Positions 17,241-26,133 of a DNA stretch of 32,000 nt are shown here, piece by piece. The position numbers were made by a program, and so were the translations under genes. The notes beneath the pieces were generated by a model that saw only the letters and a list, made by a program, of their open reading frames with translations, did not search any database and was not told where the DNA came from. Source of the DNA: Faecalibaculum rodentium (GTDB lineage: Bacteria > Bacillota_I > Bacilli_A > Erysipelotrichales > Erysipelotrichaceae); NCBI RefSeq assembly GCF_001564455.1, contig NZ_CP011391.1, positions 870,001 through 902,000 of the forward strand, written 5' to 3'. Every line of letters starts with the position of its first letter. The first letter of the stretch is position 1.

Positions 17241-18512
17241 ATGAGCAACCTGCATAACGAAAACAAGCACTACAACAAAATCGTCCTGGCATATTCCGGA
17301 GGACTGGATACGTCTGTCCTGATTCCCTGGCTGAAAGAACACTATGGCAACTGCGAAGTCATTGCGGTCTCCGGCAATGTAGGGCAGGGAACAGAGCTGG
17401 ATGGCCTGGAAGAAAAAGCCCTGGCCACCGGGGCTTCCAAACTGTACATCGAAGACCTGACCGATACCTTTGTGGATGATTTCATCGTACCGTCCATCAA
17501 AGCCGGTGCCGCGTATGAAAAGTACCTGCTGGGCACGTCCTTTGCGAGACCAATCATAGCCAAGAGAATCGTGGAAATCGCCAAGGCTGAAGGCGCGGAT
17601 GCGATCTGCCATGGCTGCACAGGCAAGGGAAACGACCAGGTGCGGTTTGAACTGGCCATCAAGGCCTTTGCACCGGACATGGACATCATTGCTCCCTGGC
17701 GGTTCTGGGAGCTGGATTCCCGGGAAAAGGAAATCGAATACGCCGAAGCGCACAACATTCCTCTGAAGATCAGCAAGGAAACCAACTACTCCAAGGACAA
17801 AAACCTCTGGCACCTGTCCCACGAAGGGCTGGACCTGGAAGACCCGGCCAATGAAGCCCCCATCAACACAGAAGGATTCCTGGAACTGGGTGTGTCCCCG
17901 GAGAATGCGCCGGACAAGCCGACGTACATCACGATTCACTTTGAAAAAGGCGTGCCGACAAAACTGGATGACGAAGAACTCTCCGCCAGGGACATCATCC
18001 TCAAGCTGAATGAGATCGGCGGTGCCAATGGCATCGGGATACTGGATATCGTGGAAAACAGGCTGGTGGGCATGAAGTCCAGAGGTGTGTATGAGACACC
18101 CGGCGGTTCCATCCTGTATGCCGCTCACGCAAAGCTGGAAGAAATCACGCTGGACAAAGACACGCAGCATTACAAGGAACAGGCTGCACAGAAGTTCGGC
18201 GAACTGGTCTACGATGGCAAGTGGTTCACACCCCTGAGAAAGGCGCTCTCGGCTTTCGTGGACAGCACACAGGAAACCGTGACTGGCGACGTGACTCTGA
18301 AACTGTACAAGGGGAACATCATTCCTGCAGCCGTAACCAGCCCCTATTCCTTATATAATGCGGGAATGGCGACATTCGATGCGGATGACTGCTATGACCA
18401 GAGCGATTCTGCAGGTTTCATCAACCTGTTCGGCCTGCCGATCAAAGTGAGAGCCCTGAACAGCGATGCCCTGGAGAAAGAGACCGGGGAGTCCTTCTCC
18501 AGTGTGGAGTAA
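17241..18512 (+). CDS. argG: Argininosuccinate synthase
   Basis: 423 aa. ATP-binding [11 protein letters not shown] and the [13 protein letters not shown] signature. GGGAGG RBS. Confidence 0.95.
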   Translation: MSNLHNENKHYNKIVLAYSGGLDTSVLIPWLKEHYGNCEVIAVSGNVGQGTELDGLEEKALATGASKLYIEDLTDTFVDDFIVPSIKAGAAYEKYLLGTSFARPIIAKRIVEIAKAEGADAICHGCTGKGNDQVRFELAIKAFAPDMDIIAPWRFWELDSREKEIEYAEAHNIPLKISKETNYSKDKNLWHLSHEGLDLEDPANEAPINTEGFLELGVSPENAPDKPTYITIHFEKGVPTKLDDEELSARDIILKLNEIGGANGIGILDIVENRLVGMKSRGVYETPGGSILYAAHAKLEEITLDKDTQHYKEQAAQKFGELVYDGKWFTPLRKALSAFVDSTQETVTGDVTLKLYKGNIIPAAVTSPYSLYNAGMATFDADDCYDQSDSAGFINLFGLPIKVRALNSDALEKETGESFSSVE

Positions 18513-18526
18513 GGGGAAACACTCCC

Positions 18527-19921
18527 ATGGCCAAGCTCTGGGCGGGACGGTTCTCCAAGACCACTGATGAAACCGTCAATGATTTCAACTCTTCGATCCC
18601 CTTTGACAACCGGCTGTATGCTCAGGATATCCGGGGATCCCTGGCACACAGCGATATGCTGGCCAGACAGGGAATCATCACCCGGGAGGACAGGGATGCG
18701 ATCCACCAGGGTCTGACAGAGATCCTGGCAGCCATGGATGCCGGTGAAATCGGCTTTGATCCTGCACAGTATGAAGACATCCATATGTGTGTGGAGCAGC
18801 TGCTGACGGAAAAAATAGGGGATGCCGGCAAACGCCTGCATACCGGGCGCAGCCGGAACGATCAGGTGGCGCTGGATATGCGGATGTATGTGCGGGAAGA
18901 AGCCGGACACATCCATGACCAGGTGCTCCACCTGATCGATGTGATCACCGACGTGGCACAGAACAATACAGAAACCATCATGCCGGGATACACGCATCTC
19001 CAGCGGGCACAGCCTGTCACCTTTGCCTATATCCTGCTTGCCTATGTATCCATGCTGAAGCGGGATGCAAGGCGGCTGGAAAACACCCTGGAGGTACTGG
19101 ATGAATGTCCCCTTGGCTCCGGGGCCCTGGCAGGAACGACCTACCCCCTGGACAGGCACTTCACAGCAGAAACTCTGGGTTTTTCACGCCCCTGTGACAA
19201 TGCCATGGACGGTGTCAGTGACCGGGACTACTGTCTGGAGTTTCTCTCCGATCTGTCGATCCTGATGATGCACCTGTCCCGTCTGTCGGAGGAAGTGATT
19301 TCCTGGTGCAGCTGGGAATTCAAGTTCATCGAACTGGATGATGCCTTTTCCACCGGCAGTTCCATCATGCCGCAGAAGAAGAACCCGGATATCTGCGAGC
19401 TGGTCCGGGGCAAAACCGGTCGGGTTTACGGTGACCTGATGACGCTGCTGACGGTGATGAAGGGACTTCCCCTGGCGTACGACAAGGACATGCAGGAAGA
19501 CAAGGAGTGTGTCTTCGATGCCATTGATACCGTTTCGATGTGCCTGAAAGTCCTGCCGGATATGCTGTCAACCATGACAGTCCTTACAGAGAATATGGCC
19601 GCAGCAGGACGGCGGGGATTCATCAATGCCACGGACTGTGCGGATTACCTCACGAAGAAAGGGATGCCGTTCCGGGATGCCTACAAACTCACAGGTGGTC
19701 TGGTGGCCAGGTGCATCCGGGAGGGCCGGACTCTGGAACAGTTGAGTCTGGAAGAGCTGCAGGAGGAAAGCCCGCTGTTTGATGAGGGCTTCTATGCTGC
19801 GGTGGATCTGCTGAATGCCGTGAAGCGCCGCAATACCTGGGGTGGGCCGTCTCCGGAGCAGACACAGGAGCAGATTGCCCTGGCCAGAGAATTTGTGAAA
19901 AACCACAGAAAGCAGGACTGA
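18527..19921 (+). CDS. argH: Argininosuccinate lyase
   Basis: 464 aa. MAKLWAGRF start and the fumarate-lyase signature GSSIMPQKKNPD. Confidence 0.95.
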   Translation: MAKLWAGRFSKTTDETVNDFNSSIPFDNRLYAQDIRGSLAHSDMLARQGIITREDRDAIHQGLTEILAAMDAGEIGFDPAQYEDIHMCVEQLLTEKIGDAGKRLHTGRSRNDQVALDMRMYVREEAGHIHDQVLHLIDVITDVAQNNTETIMPGYTHLQRAQPVTFAYILLAYVSMLKRDARRLENTLEVLDECPLGSGALAGTTYPLDRHFTAETLGFSRPCDNAMDGVSDRDYCLEFLSDLSILMMHLSRLSEEVISWCSWEFKFIELDDAFSTGSSIMPQKKNPDICELVRGKTGRVYGDLMTLLTVMKGLPLAYDKDMQEDKECVFDAIDTVSMCLKVLPDMLSTMTVLTENMAAAGRRGFINATDCADYLTKKGMPFRDAYKLTGGLVARCIREGRTLEQLSLEELQEESPLFDEGFYAAVDLLNAVKRRNTWGGPSPEQTQEQIALAREFVKNHRKQD

Positions 19922-19923
19922 GG

Positions 19924-20838
19924 ATGGGAAAACCGAAAATCTACATCGATGGTCAGTCCGGGACCACAGGCCTGGAGATCCGCCAGCGGCTGCAGGACCG
20001 GGAGGACATCGAGCTGCTGGTGATCGACGATGCACTTCGTCATGATGATGCCGAACGCCGGAAAATGTTCGAGGCTGCGGACCTGGCGTTCCTTTGTCTG
20101 CCGGATCAGGCAGCCAGGGAGGCCGTGGATCTGGCCGAGGGTTCCGGAGCCCGGATCATCGATGCAAGCACCGCCCACCGGACGGTCTGGACCTACGGAT
20201 TTCCGGAACTGGACCACCGGCAGGAAGAAAAGATCCGGACGGCGGACAAAGTCGCGAACCCCGGCTGCCATGCCACGGGATTTATCGCGGCTGTGGCCCC
20301 GCTGAGCCGCGGCGGTCTTCTGAAGCCGGATGCACAGCTGACTGCATTCTCCCTCACCGGATATACCGGCGGTGGAAAGAGGATGATCGCAGAGTACGAA
20401 GGGGCGAAAACAGAACAGATGCTTGCTCCCAAAGCCTACGGACTGGATCTGAACCACAAGCACATGCCGGAGATGAAAACGGTCTGCGGTCTGGAAAAGG
20501 CACCGCTGTTCATCCCGGTGGTGGATGACTATCCCCGGGGCATGCTCGTGATGGTGCCGGTCGCATCCGGACAGCTGACCAGGCCCCTGTCGCTGCAGGA
20601 AATGCAGGACCATTTCAGGCAGTGGTACCAGGGAACGGCTGTGGCAGTGCAGGAAGGACAGCCGGGGCTTTATGCGGGAGACAAAGCCGGAACCGATGAT
20701 CTGGAGCTGTTTGTCACGGGCGCAGAATCCGGGTCGGGGTTTGTGATTGCAGCCCGGTTCGACAATCTGGGAAAAGGTGCCTGCGGAGCGGCCATCCGCA
20801 ACATGGAACTCATGCTGGGACTCGATACCGGACAGTAA
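19924..20838 (+). CDS. argC: N-acetyl-gamma-glutamyl-phosphate reductase (short, type-2-like)
   Basis: 304 aa. IYIDGQSGTTGLEI NAD-binding start and catalytic Cys context ANPGCHATG. Begins 2 nt after the argH stop. Confidence 0.9.
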   Translation: MGKPKIYIDGQSGTTGLEIRQRLQDREDIELLVIDDALRHDDAERRKMFEAADLAFLCLPDQAAREAVDLAEGSGARIIDASTAHRTVWTYGFPELDHRQEEKIRTADKVANPGCHATGFIAAVAPLSRGGLLKPDAQLTAFSLTGYTGGGKRMIAEYEGAKTEQMLAPKAYGLDLNHKHMPEMKTVCGLEKAPLFIPVVDDYPRGMLVMVPVASGQLTRPLSLQEMQDHFRQWYQGTAVAVQEGQPGLYAGDKAGTDDLELFVTGAESGSGFVIAARFDNLGKGACGAAIRNMELMLGLDTGQ

Positions 20839-20905
20839 ACGAATCAATCATGCCTTCCGGTCCACCGGAAGGTATTGTGCATAGAACCAAGGAAGGAAAG
20901 AATCC

Positions 20906-22102
20906 ATGAAAGGAATCGAAGGCGGCATCACAGCCGCAAAGGGATACAAAACGGGGGCTGTTCACAGCGGGATCCGGGCCAGCCAGTCCAAAAAGGACCT
21001 GGCAGTGATCGTGTCAGACGTCCCCTGCCAGGCAGCAGCGGTGTATACCTCCAATATCGTCAAGGCCGCCCCGCTGCACATCACCAGAGAACACCTGGGT
21101 GATGGAACGGCACAGGCCATTGTGATCAATTCGGGCAACGCCAATGCCTGTGCACCCAGGGGAGAGGAAAACGCCCTGCGGGAAGCACAGGCAGCGGCAA
21201 AACTGTTGGGGCTGAAAACCGAAGATGTCCTGGTGGCTTCCACCGGCGTGATCGGGCAGGAGCTTCCCATCGAAGTGATCGAGACAGCCATGGGCCAGAT
21301 CGTGCTCACGGACGATTCTGCCGATACAGCCAAAGCCATCATGACCACGGACACGAAGATGAAACAGACTGCCGTGGAATTCGAACTGAACGGAAAAACG
21401 GTTCATCTGGGCGGCATCGCCAAGGGATCGGGCATGATCCATCCCAACATGGGAACGATGCTGTGTTTTGTCACTACGGATGCCGCCATCTCTCAGAGTG
21501 TCCTGCAGCAGTCTCTGTCGAAAATCGTGAAGAAAACCTTCAACCGCATCAGTGTGGATGGTGACACGTCCACCAACGATATGTGCATTGTGCTGGCCAA
21601 CGGCCTGGCCGGCAATGAGGAGATCACGCAGCAAAACGATGTGTTTGACCAGGCGCTGGAGTCCGTGATGAAGGACCTGGCGGTCATGATCGCATCCGAC
21701 GGCGAAGGTGCCAGCCGCCTGATCATTTCCACGGTGGTGAATGCGGCCGATGAAACACAGGCGGAGACTCTTGCCATGTCCGTGGCCTCCAGCTCCCTGT
21801 TCAAGGCGGCGATGTTCGGCAGCGATGCCAACTGGGGCCGGGTGCTGTGTGCCATGGGCTATTCCGGAGCAAAGTTCGATCCGGAGAAAGTGGATGTCCT
21901 GTTTCAGTCCGATGCCGGGACTGTTGAAGTGGCGAAAAACGGGCGTGGCCTGGACTTTGATGAGGACCTGGCAAAAAAGATTTTGTCCCGGGACCAGGTG
22001 CAGGTAGTCATGAACCTGCATGAGGGAGATGTCTCCGTCACCTGCTGGGGCTGCGACCTGACGTACGACTATGTGAAAATCAACGGAGACTACCGCTCAT
22101 GA
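20906..22102 (+). CDS. argJ: Bifunctional ornithine acetyltransferase / N-acetylglutamate synthase
   Basis: 398 aa. MTTDT motif and self-cleavage region HPNMGTMLCFVTTDA. C-terminal DLTYDYVKINGDYRS. Confidence 0.95.
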   Translation: MKGIEGGITAAKGYKTGAVHSGIRASQSKKDLAVIVSDVPCQAAAVYTSNIVKAAPLHITREHLGDGTAQAIVINSGNANACAPRGEENALREAQAAAKLLGLKTEDVLVASTGVIGQELPIEVIETAMGQIVLTDDSADTAKAIMTTDTKMKQTAVEFELNGKTVHLGGIAKGSGMIHPNMGTMLCFVTTDAAISQSVLQQSLSKIVKKTFNRISVDGDTSTNDMCIVLANGLAGNEEITQQNDVFDQALESVMKDLAVMIASDGEGASRLIISTVVNAADETQAETLAMSVASSSLFKAAMFGSDANWGRVLCAMGYSGAKFDPEKVDVLFQSDAGTVEVAKNGRGLDFDEDLAKKILSRDQVQVVMNLHEGDVSVTCWGCDLTYDYVKINGDYRS

Positions 22103-22953
22103 TTGCCCCGGAAACACGTGCCAATATCCTGATTGAGGCGCTTCCGTACATCAAGGAATACAACGGCGAGGTCATCGTGGTGAAATATGGCGGAAATGCC
22201 ATGATTGACGAGGAACTGAAACAGGCTGTGATCCAGGACATCATGCTGCTGCACCTGGTGGGCATCCATGTGGTGCTGGTGCATGGCGGGGGCCCGGATA
22301 TTTCCAGGATGCTGAAAAAGACCGGAGCCCAGTCCCGTTTCATCAACGGGCTGCGGTATACTGACGACGAAGCCATGGAAATCGTGCAGATGGTCCTCTG
22401 CGGCAAAGTCAACAAGGATCTGGTCCGGCTGCTGGAAGGCAAGGGAATCGGTCTGGGAGGCATGGACGGTGGTTTGTTCCGCGCGGTGAAGATGACGGAT
22501 CCGGAGGGAACAGACTACGGATTTGTGGGCGATATTGTGGATGTGAATCCCAAAATTGTCCAGGACGTGATCGACCAGGGATATATTCCGGTGATCTCTT
22601 CCGTGGCGGCAGGTCTCGAGGACAACAATGTATACAATGTGAACGCGGATACGGCTGCGGCGAAAATCGCGATCGCACTGAAGGCGAAGAAGCTGATCCT
22701 GCTGACGGATGTCCGCGGTGTGATGCGGGAACCGGGAAACGATGAATCACTGATTCACGACATCAAGGTGTCGCAGGTACCGGCACTGACGATGAGCGGT
22801 GCCATTTCCGGCGGCATGATCCCGAAGGTGGACTGCTGTGTGGAAGCTGTGCGTTCCGGTGTGGAGCGTGCCAACATTCAGGATGGACGTGTACCGCACG
22901 CGATCCTGATCGAACTGCTGACCAACGAAGGCATCGGGACGATGTTTCACTGA
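22099..22953 (+). CDS. argB: Acetylglutamate kinase
   Basis: 284 aa. VVKYGGNAM amino-acid-kinase motif and VLVHGGGP. ATGA overlap with the argJ stop. Confidence 0.95.
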   Translation: MIAPETRANILIEALPYIKEYNGEVIVVKYGGNAMIDEELKQAVIQDIMLLHLVGIHVVLVHGGGPDISRMLKKTGAQSRFINGLRYTDDEAMEIVQMVLCGKVNKDLVRLLEGKGIGLGGMDGGLFRAVKMTDPEGTDYGFVGDIVDVNPKIVQDVIDQGYIPVISSVAAGLEDNNVYNVNADTAAAKIAIALKAKKLILLTDVRGVMREPGNDESLIHDIKVSQVPALTMSGAISGGMIPKVDCCVEAVRSGVERANIQDGRVPHAILIELLTNEGIGTMFH

Positions 22954-23122
22954 CGGCTGCGCTGGTGCAGTCGCAGACTGCAGCAGCCCGGCCGTCAGTG
23001 ACTGATGCAGCCCGGGGGGAGCCGGGACCGAAATCAAATCAGACTGCGGCTGACGGAGAGACAGAGAAAGCTGCAGTCCGCCGGAAAGGCTGGATCGAGC
23101 TGCCAGGAAAAGGAAGGATCTT

Positions 23123-24307
23123 ATGGATTTCAATACATTGAAGAACAGGGAAAACAACACCCTGATGCACACCTATGGACGGTTTGACATCGCACTGGAC
23201 CATGGCAAAGGGTCAAAACTGTATGACCTGGACGGGAAGGAATACATTGACCTGACTTCAGGCATTGGCGTAAATGCCCTTGGACACGGTCACGAAGCGC
23301 TGGTGCAGGCCATTCAGGAACAGGCCGCCAGACTTATGCAGGCATCCAACCTGTTTTACACAGAGCCCATGGTGGATGCTGCCGAGCGGCTGGCAGACAG
23401 TACCCTGATGGAAAAAGTGTTTTTTGCCAACTCCGGTGCAGAAGCGAATGAAGGCATGATCAAGATTGCCCGAAAATACTCCGCCGATCAATATGGTCCG
23501 GAACGCACAAAAATCCTGACCCTGAAGAACTCTTTCCATGGCCGCACGGTTGCGACGCTGGAAGCCACCGGACAGGACAAATTCCACCAGAACTTCTATC
23601 CCTTCACAGGCGGCTTTGACTATGTGGAAGCCAACAACATCGAAGACCTGAAGCAGAAAATGGCAGATCCTTCTGTCTGCGGCATCATGATGGAACTGAT
23701 TCAGGGAGAGAGCGGCGTACGGCCCCTGGATCCGGTGTTCGTCAGGGAAGCAGCCAGGCTGGCGAAGGAGAACGATATCCTTTTCATGGCAGATGAGGTG
23801 CAGACAGGCATCGGCCGTACAGGCAGCCTGTTCTGCTGGCAGCAGTACGGGATCCAGCCGGATCTTGTCAGCTGTGCCAAGGCACTGGGTGGCGGTGTTC
23901 CCATCGGTGCAGTGCTGTCCGGGGACAAAGCAGCCCATGTTCTCCAGCCAGGCGATCACGGAACCACCTTCGGCGGTAATCCACTGGCGGCCTCCGCTGC
24001 GAAAACCGTGCTGGATATTGTGGACCAGCCGGATTTCCTGGCCGATGTGAAGGACAAAGGCGACTATTTCATGAACAGCATCCAGGCACTGAACAAACGA
24101 TCCGTGCAGGATGTCCGTGGAATGGGACTCATGATCGGCATCCAGGTGGGTGCCGACAAAGTCATGGACTACCTCAAACAGCTGCAGAACAAAGGCGTTC
24201 TCGCACTGAAAGCCGGAACGGACACCATCCGGCTGTTGCCGCCGCTGATCATCACAAAGGAAGAGATCGACCAGGCTGTCAAAGCCATGAACGAAGTATT
24301 TGAATAA
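23123..24307 (+). CDS. argD: Acetylornithine aminotransferase
   Basis: 394 aa, class-III aminotransferase. FANSGAEANEG, ADEVQTGIGRTG, and PLP-Lys context CAKALGGGVPIG. Confidence 0.9.
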   Translation: MDFNTLKNRENNTLMHTYGRFDIALDHGKGSKLYDLDGKEYIDLTSGIGVNALGHGHEALVQAIQEQAARLMQASNLFYTEPMVDAAERLADSTLMEKVFFANSGAEANEGMIKIARKYSADQYGPERTKILTLKNSFHGRTVATLEATGQDKFHQNFYPFTGGFDYVEANNIEDLKQKMADPSVCGIMMELIQGESGVRPLDPVFVREAARLAKENDILFMADEVQTGIGRTGSLFCWQQYGIQPDLVSCAKALGGGVPIGAVLSGDKAAHVLQPGDHGTTFGGNPLAASAAKTVLDIVDQPDFLADVKDKGDYFMNSIQALNKRSVQDVRGMGLMIGIQVGADKVMDYLKQLQNKGVLALKAGTDTIRLLPPLIITKEEIDQAVKAMNEVFE

Positions 24308-24328
24308 ACAGGAAAGGGAATGGAAGAC

Positions 24329-25237
24329 ATGAAACACCTTCTGACACTGATGGATCTGGATGACCAGGAAATTGTGCAGCTCCTGGATCTCGCAGATCAG
24401 CTGAAATACGAAAAAAAGCACGGGATCGCACACCCGCATCTCAAGGGAAAATCCATCGGCCTGATTTTCCAGAAAGCCAGCACCCGCACCCGGGTATCAT
24501 TTGAAACCGGCATGCACCAGCTGGGAGGACAGGCACTGTTTCTGTCCAGCCGCGACCTGCAGATTGGCCGTGGGGAACCGGTGCAGGATACAGCCCGCGT
24601 GCTGTCCAGGTATCTGGATGGCATCATGATCCGCACCTATGAACAGAAAGAAGTGGAGGATCTGGCAAAGTACGGCAGCATTCCCGTGATCAACGGACTG
24701 ACCGACTACAGCCACCCCTGCCAGGTCCTGGCCGATCTCATGACGATCCGGGAACACTACGGTTCCCTGAAGGGACTCAAGATGGCCTACATCGGGGACG
24801 GCAACAACATGGCCAACTCTCTGATCGTGGGAGCCCTGAAATCCGGCATGGACATGGCCTGCGCAACACCGGAAGGATACCGCCCGGATGAAAAGGTGCT
24901 GGAATTCGCCAAAAACTATGGTGACCACTTCACACTGACAGATGATCCTGTCCAGGCGGTGAAGGGTGCAGATGTTGTCGTGACCGACACCTGGGCATCC
25001 ATGGGGCAGGAAGACGAGAAGGAAGAACGAAAAAAAGCCTTTGCAGGCTACCAGGTCAACCGCGCCCTGATGAAACATGCGAAGAATGGTGCCATGGTGC
25101 TGCACTGTCTGCCCGCGTACCGGGAGCAGGAAATCACTGAAGAGGTGTTTGAACAGCATGCGGATGAGATCTTCGAAGAAGCGGAGAACCGCCTCCATGC
25201 ACAGAAGGCCGTCATGGTCACATTGATGAAAGACTGA
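24329..25237 (+). CDS. argF: Ornithine carbamoyltransferase
   Basis: STRTRVSFE carbamoyl-phosphate motif, plus HPCQ and HCLPA motifs. The ORF opens at ATG 24320, but ATG 24329 (MKHLLTL...) is better spaced from GGAAAGGG. Confidence 0.9.
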   Translation: MKHLLTLMDLDDQEIVQLLDLADQLKYEKKHGIAHPHLKGKSIGLIFQKASTRTRVSFETGMHQLGGQALFLSSRDLQIGRGEPVQDTARVLSRYLDGIMIRTYEQKEVEDLAKYGSIPVINGLTDYSHPCQVLADLMTIREHYGSLKGLKMAYIGDGNNMANSLIVGALKSGMDMACATPEGYRPDEKVLEFAKNYGDHFTLTDDPVQAVKGADVVVTDTWASMGQEDEKEERKKAFAGYQVNRALMKHAKNGAMVLHCLPAYREQEITEEVFEQHADEIFEEAENRLHAQKAVMVTLMKD

Positions 25238-25248
25238 TGTCCATTCCC

Positions 25249-25290
25249 GGACCGTTCTGTTTCACAGACGAAGCAAAGCGGTCCTTTTCT
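25249..25290 (+). terminator. Terminator at the end of the arg operon
   Basis: GGACCG (25249-25254) pairs with CGGTCC (25279-25284), with an inner CTGT/ACAG, followed by TTTTCT. Confidence 0.6.
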
Positions 25291-25315
25291 GATGCGCAGA
25301 CAGGAGAAAGTGTGT

Positions 25316-25325
25316 TACATCTGTA
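25316..25325. promoter_or_regulatory. cop-box-like palindrome TACATCTGTA
   Basis: Exact match to the TACAnnTGTA motif bound by CopY/BlaI-family repressors. It lies 7 nt upstream of a TAAAAT -10-like hexamer (25333-25338) and about 108 nt upstream of the HMA gene. Confidence 0.3.
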
Positions 25326-25432
25326 GTTAGAGTAAAATAACTTCATTGGATGCCACGGCCTTCTGTTCATCTGCAGGATGAAGCCGGCTGGCTGCGGCAA
25401 TCAAGGACTGACAGAAAAGAGGAGAATGCGGA

Positions 25433-25684
25433 ATGCGAAAAATCACTGTAAAAATTGAAGGAATGATATGTCCCATGTGCGAGTCGCATATCTGTGATGC
25501 GATCAGGAAGTCGTTTCTGGTCCGCAAAGTCACGGCATCGCGCAAAGCCGGCGAAGCTGTGATCCTGGCAGATGAGCCAGTCAGTCATGAGGCATTGAAG
25601 CGGGCGGTCGACAGCACGGGTTACAGGGTTCTGCAGGTCAGAGAAGAACCCTGGCAAAAGCGAAGCCTGTTTCACCGCAGCTGA
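25433..25684 (+). CDS. Heavy-metal-associated (HMA) domain protein, CopZ-like
   Basis: 83 aa. Metal-binding GMICPMC motif at residues 10-16 and a ferredoxin-like length. GGAG lies 8 nt upstream. Confidence 0.8.
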   Translation: MRKITVKIEGMICPMCESHICDAIRKSFLVRKVTASRKAGEAVILADEPVSHEALKRAVDSTGYRVLQVREEPWQKRSLFHRS

Positions 25685-25796
25685 GGTCCTGACCAGATGG
25701 CGTCTGACTACAGTTTCCTTGTGCCCGTTTCCGGAAACCGGTACCATGAATGTAGCAGGGCACTCTCGGCCTGCATCAGGAAAGAGAGGGAGCAGC

Positions 25797-26123
25797 ATGA
25801 GTCTGACAGTCAATTTGTATTACACAGGGGAACACGGAAGCGCCCGGGAGTTTGTCAGGGAAATGGAAGGAAGCGGAATCGCCGCAGCGATCCGTGCTGA
25901 GTCCGGCAACGAGAAGTATGACTATTTCCAGTCCCTGAATGATCCCGAAACCATTCTGCTGATTGACCAGTGGCGCGACCAGAAAGCTTTGGACGATCAT
26001 CATGCTTCGCCCATGATGGCACAGCTGGCCGCACTCCGGGACAAGTACAATCTGCATATGCGGGTGGAACGCTATCGTGACGCCGAAGAGAATCCGGCGG
26101 ACGAAGCCTTTATGCGAAAATAA
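25797..26123 (+). CDS. ABM-domain (antibiotic biosynthesis monooxygenase-like) protein
   Basis: ATG 25797 follows GAGAGGGAG and gives 108 aa. The pattern LLIDQWRDQKALDDHHASPMM is typical of small putative quinol monooxygenases. Confidence 0.75.
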   Translation: MSLTVNLYYTGEHGSAREFVREMEGSGIAAAIRAESGNEKYDYFQSLNDPETILLIDQWRDQKALDDHHASPMMAQLAALRDKYNLHMRVERYRDAEENPADEAFMRK

Positions 26124-26133
26124 TAAAAACTGT

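Noticed and set aside
23005-23187. 60-codon ORF in the argB-argD spacer overlapping the argD start out of frame.
   Set aside because: It has no RBS, and its start lies inside the hairpin region. The product is low-complexity, and RNA structure explains the spacer better.
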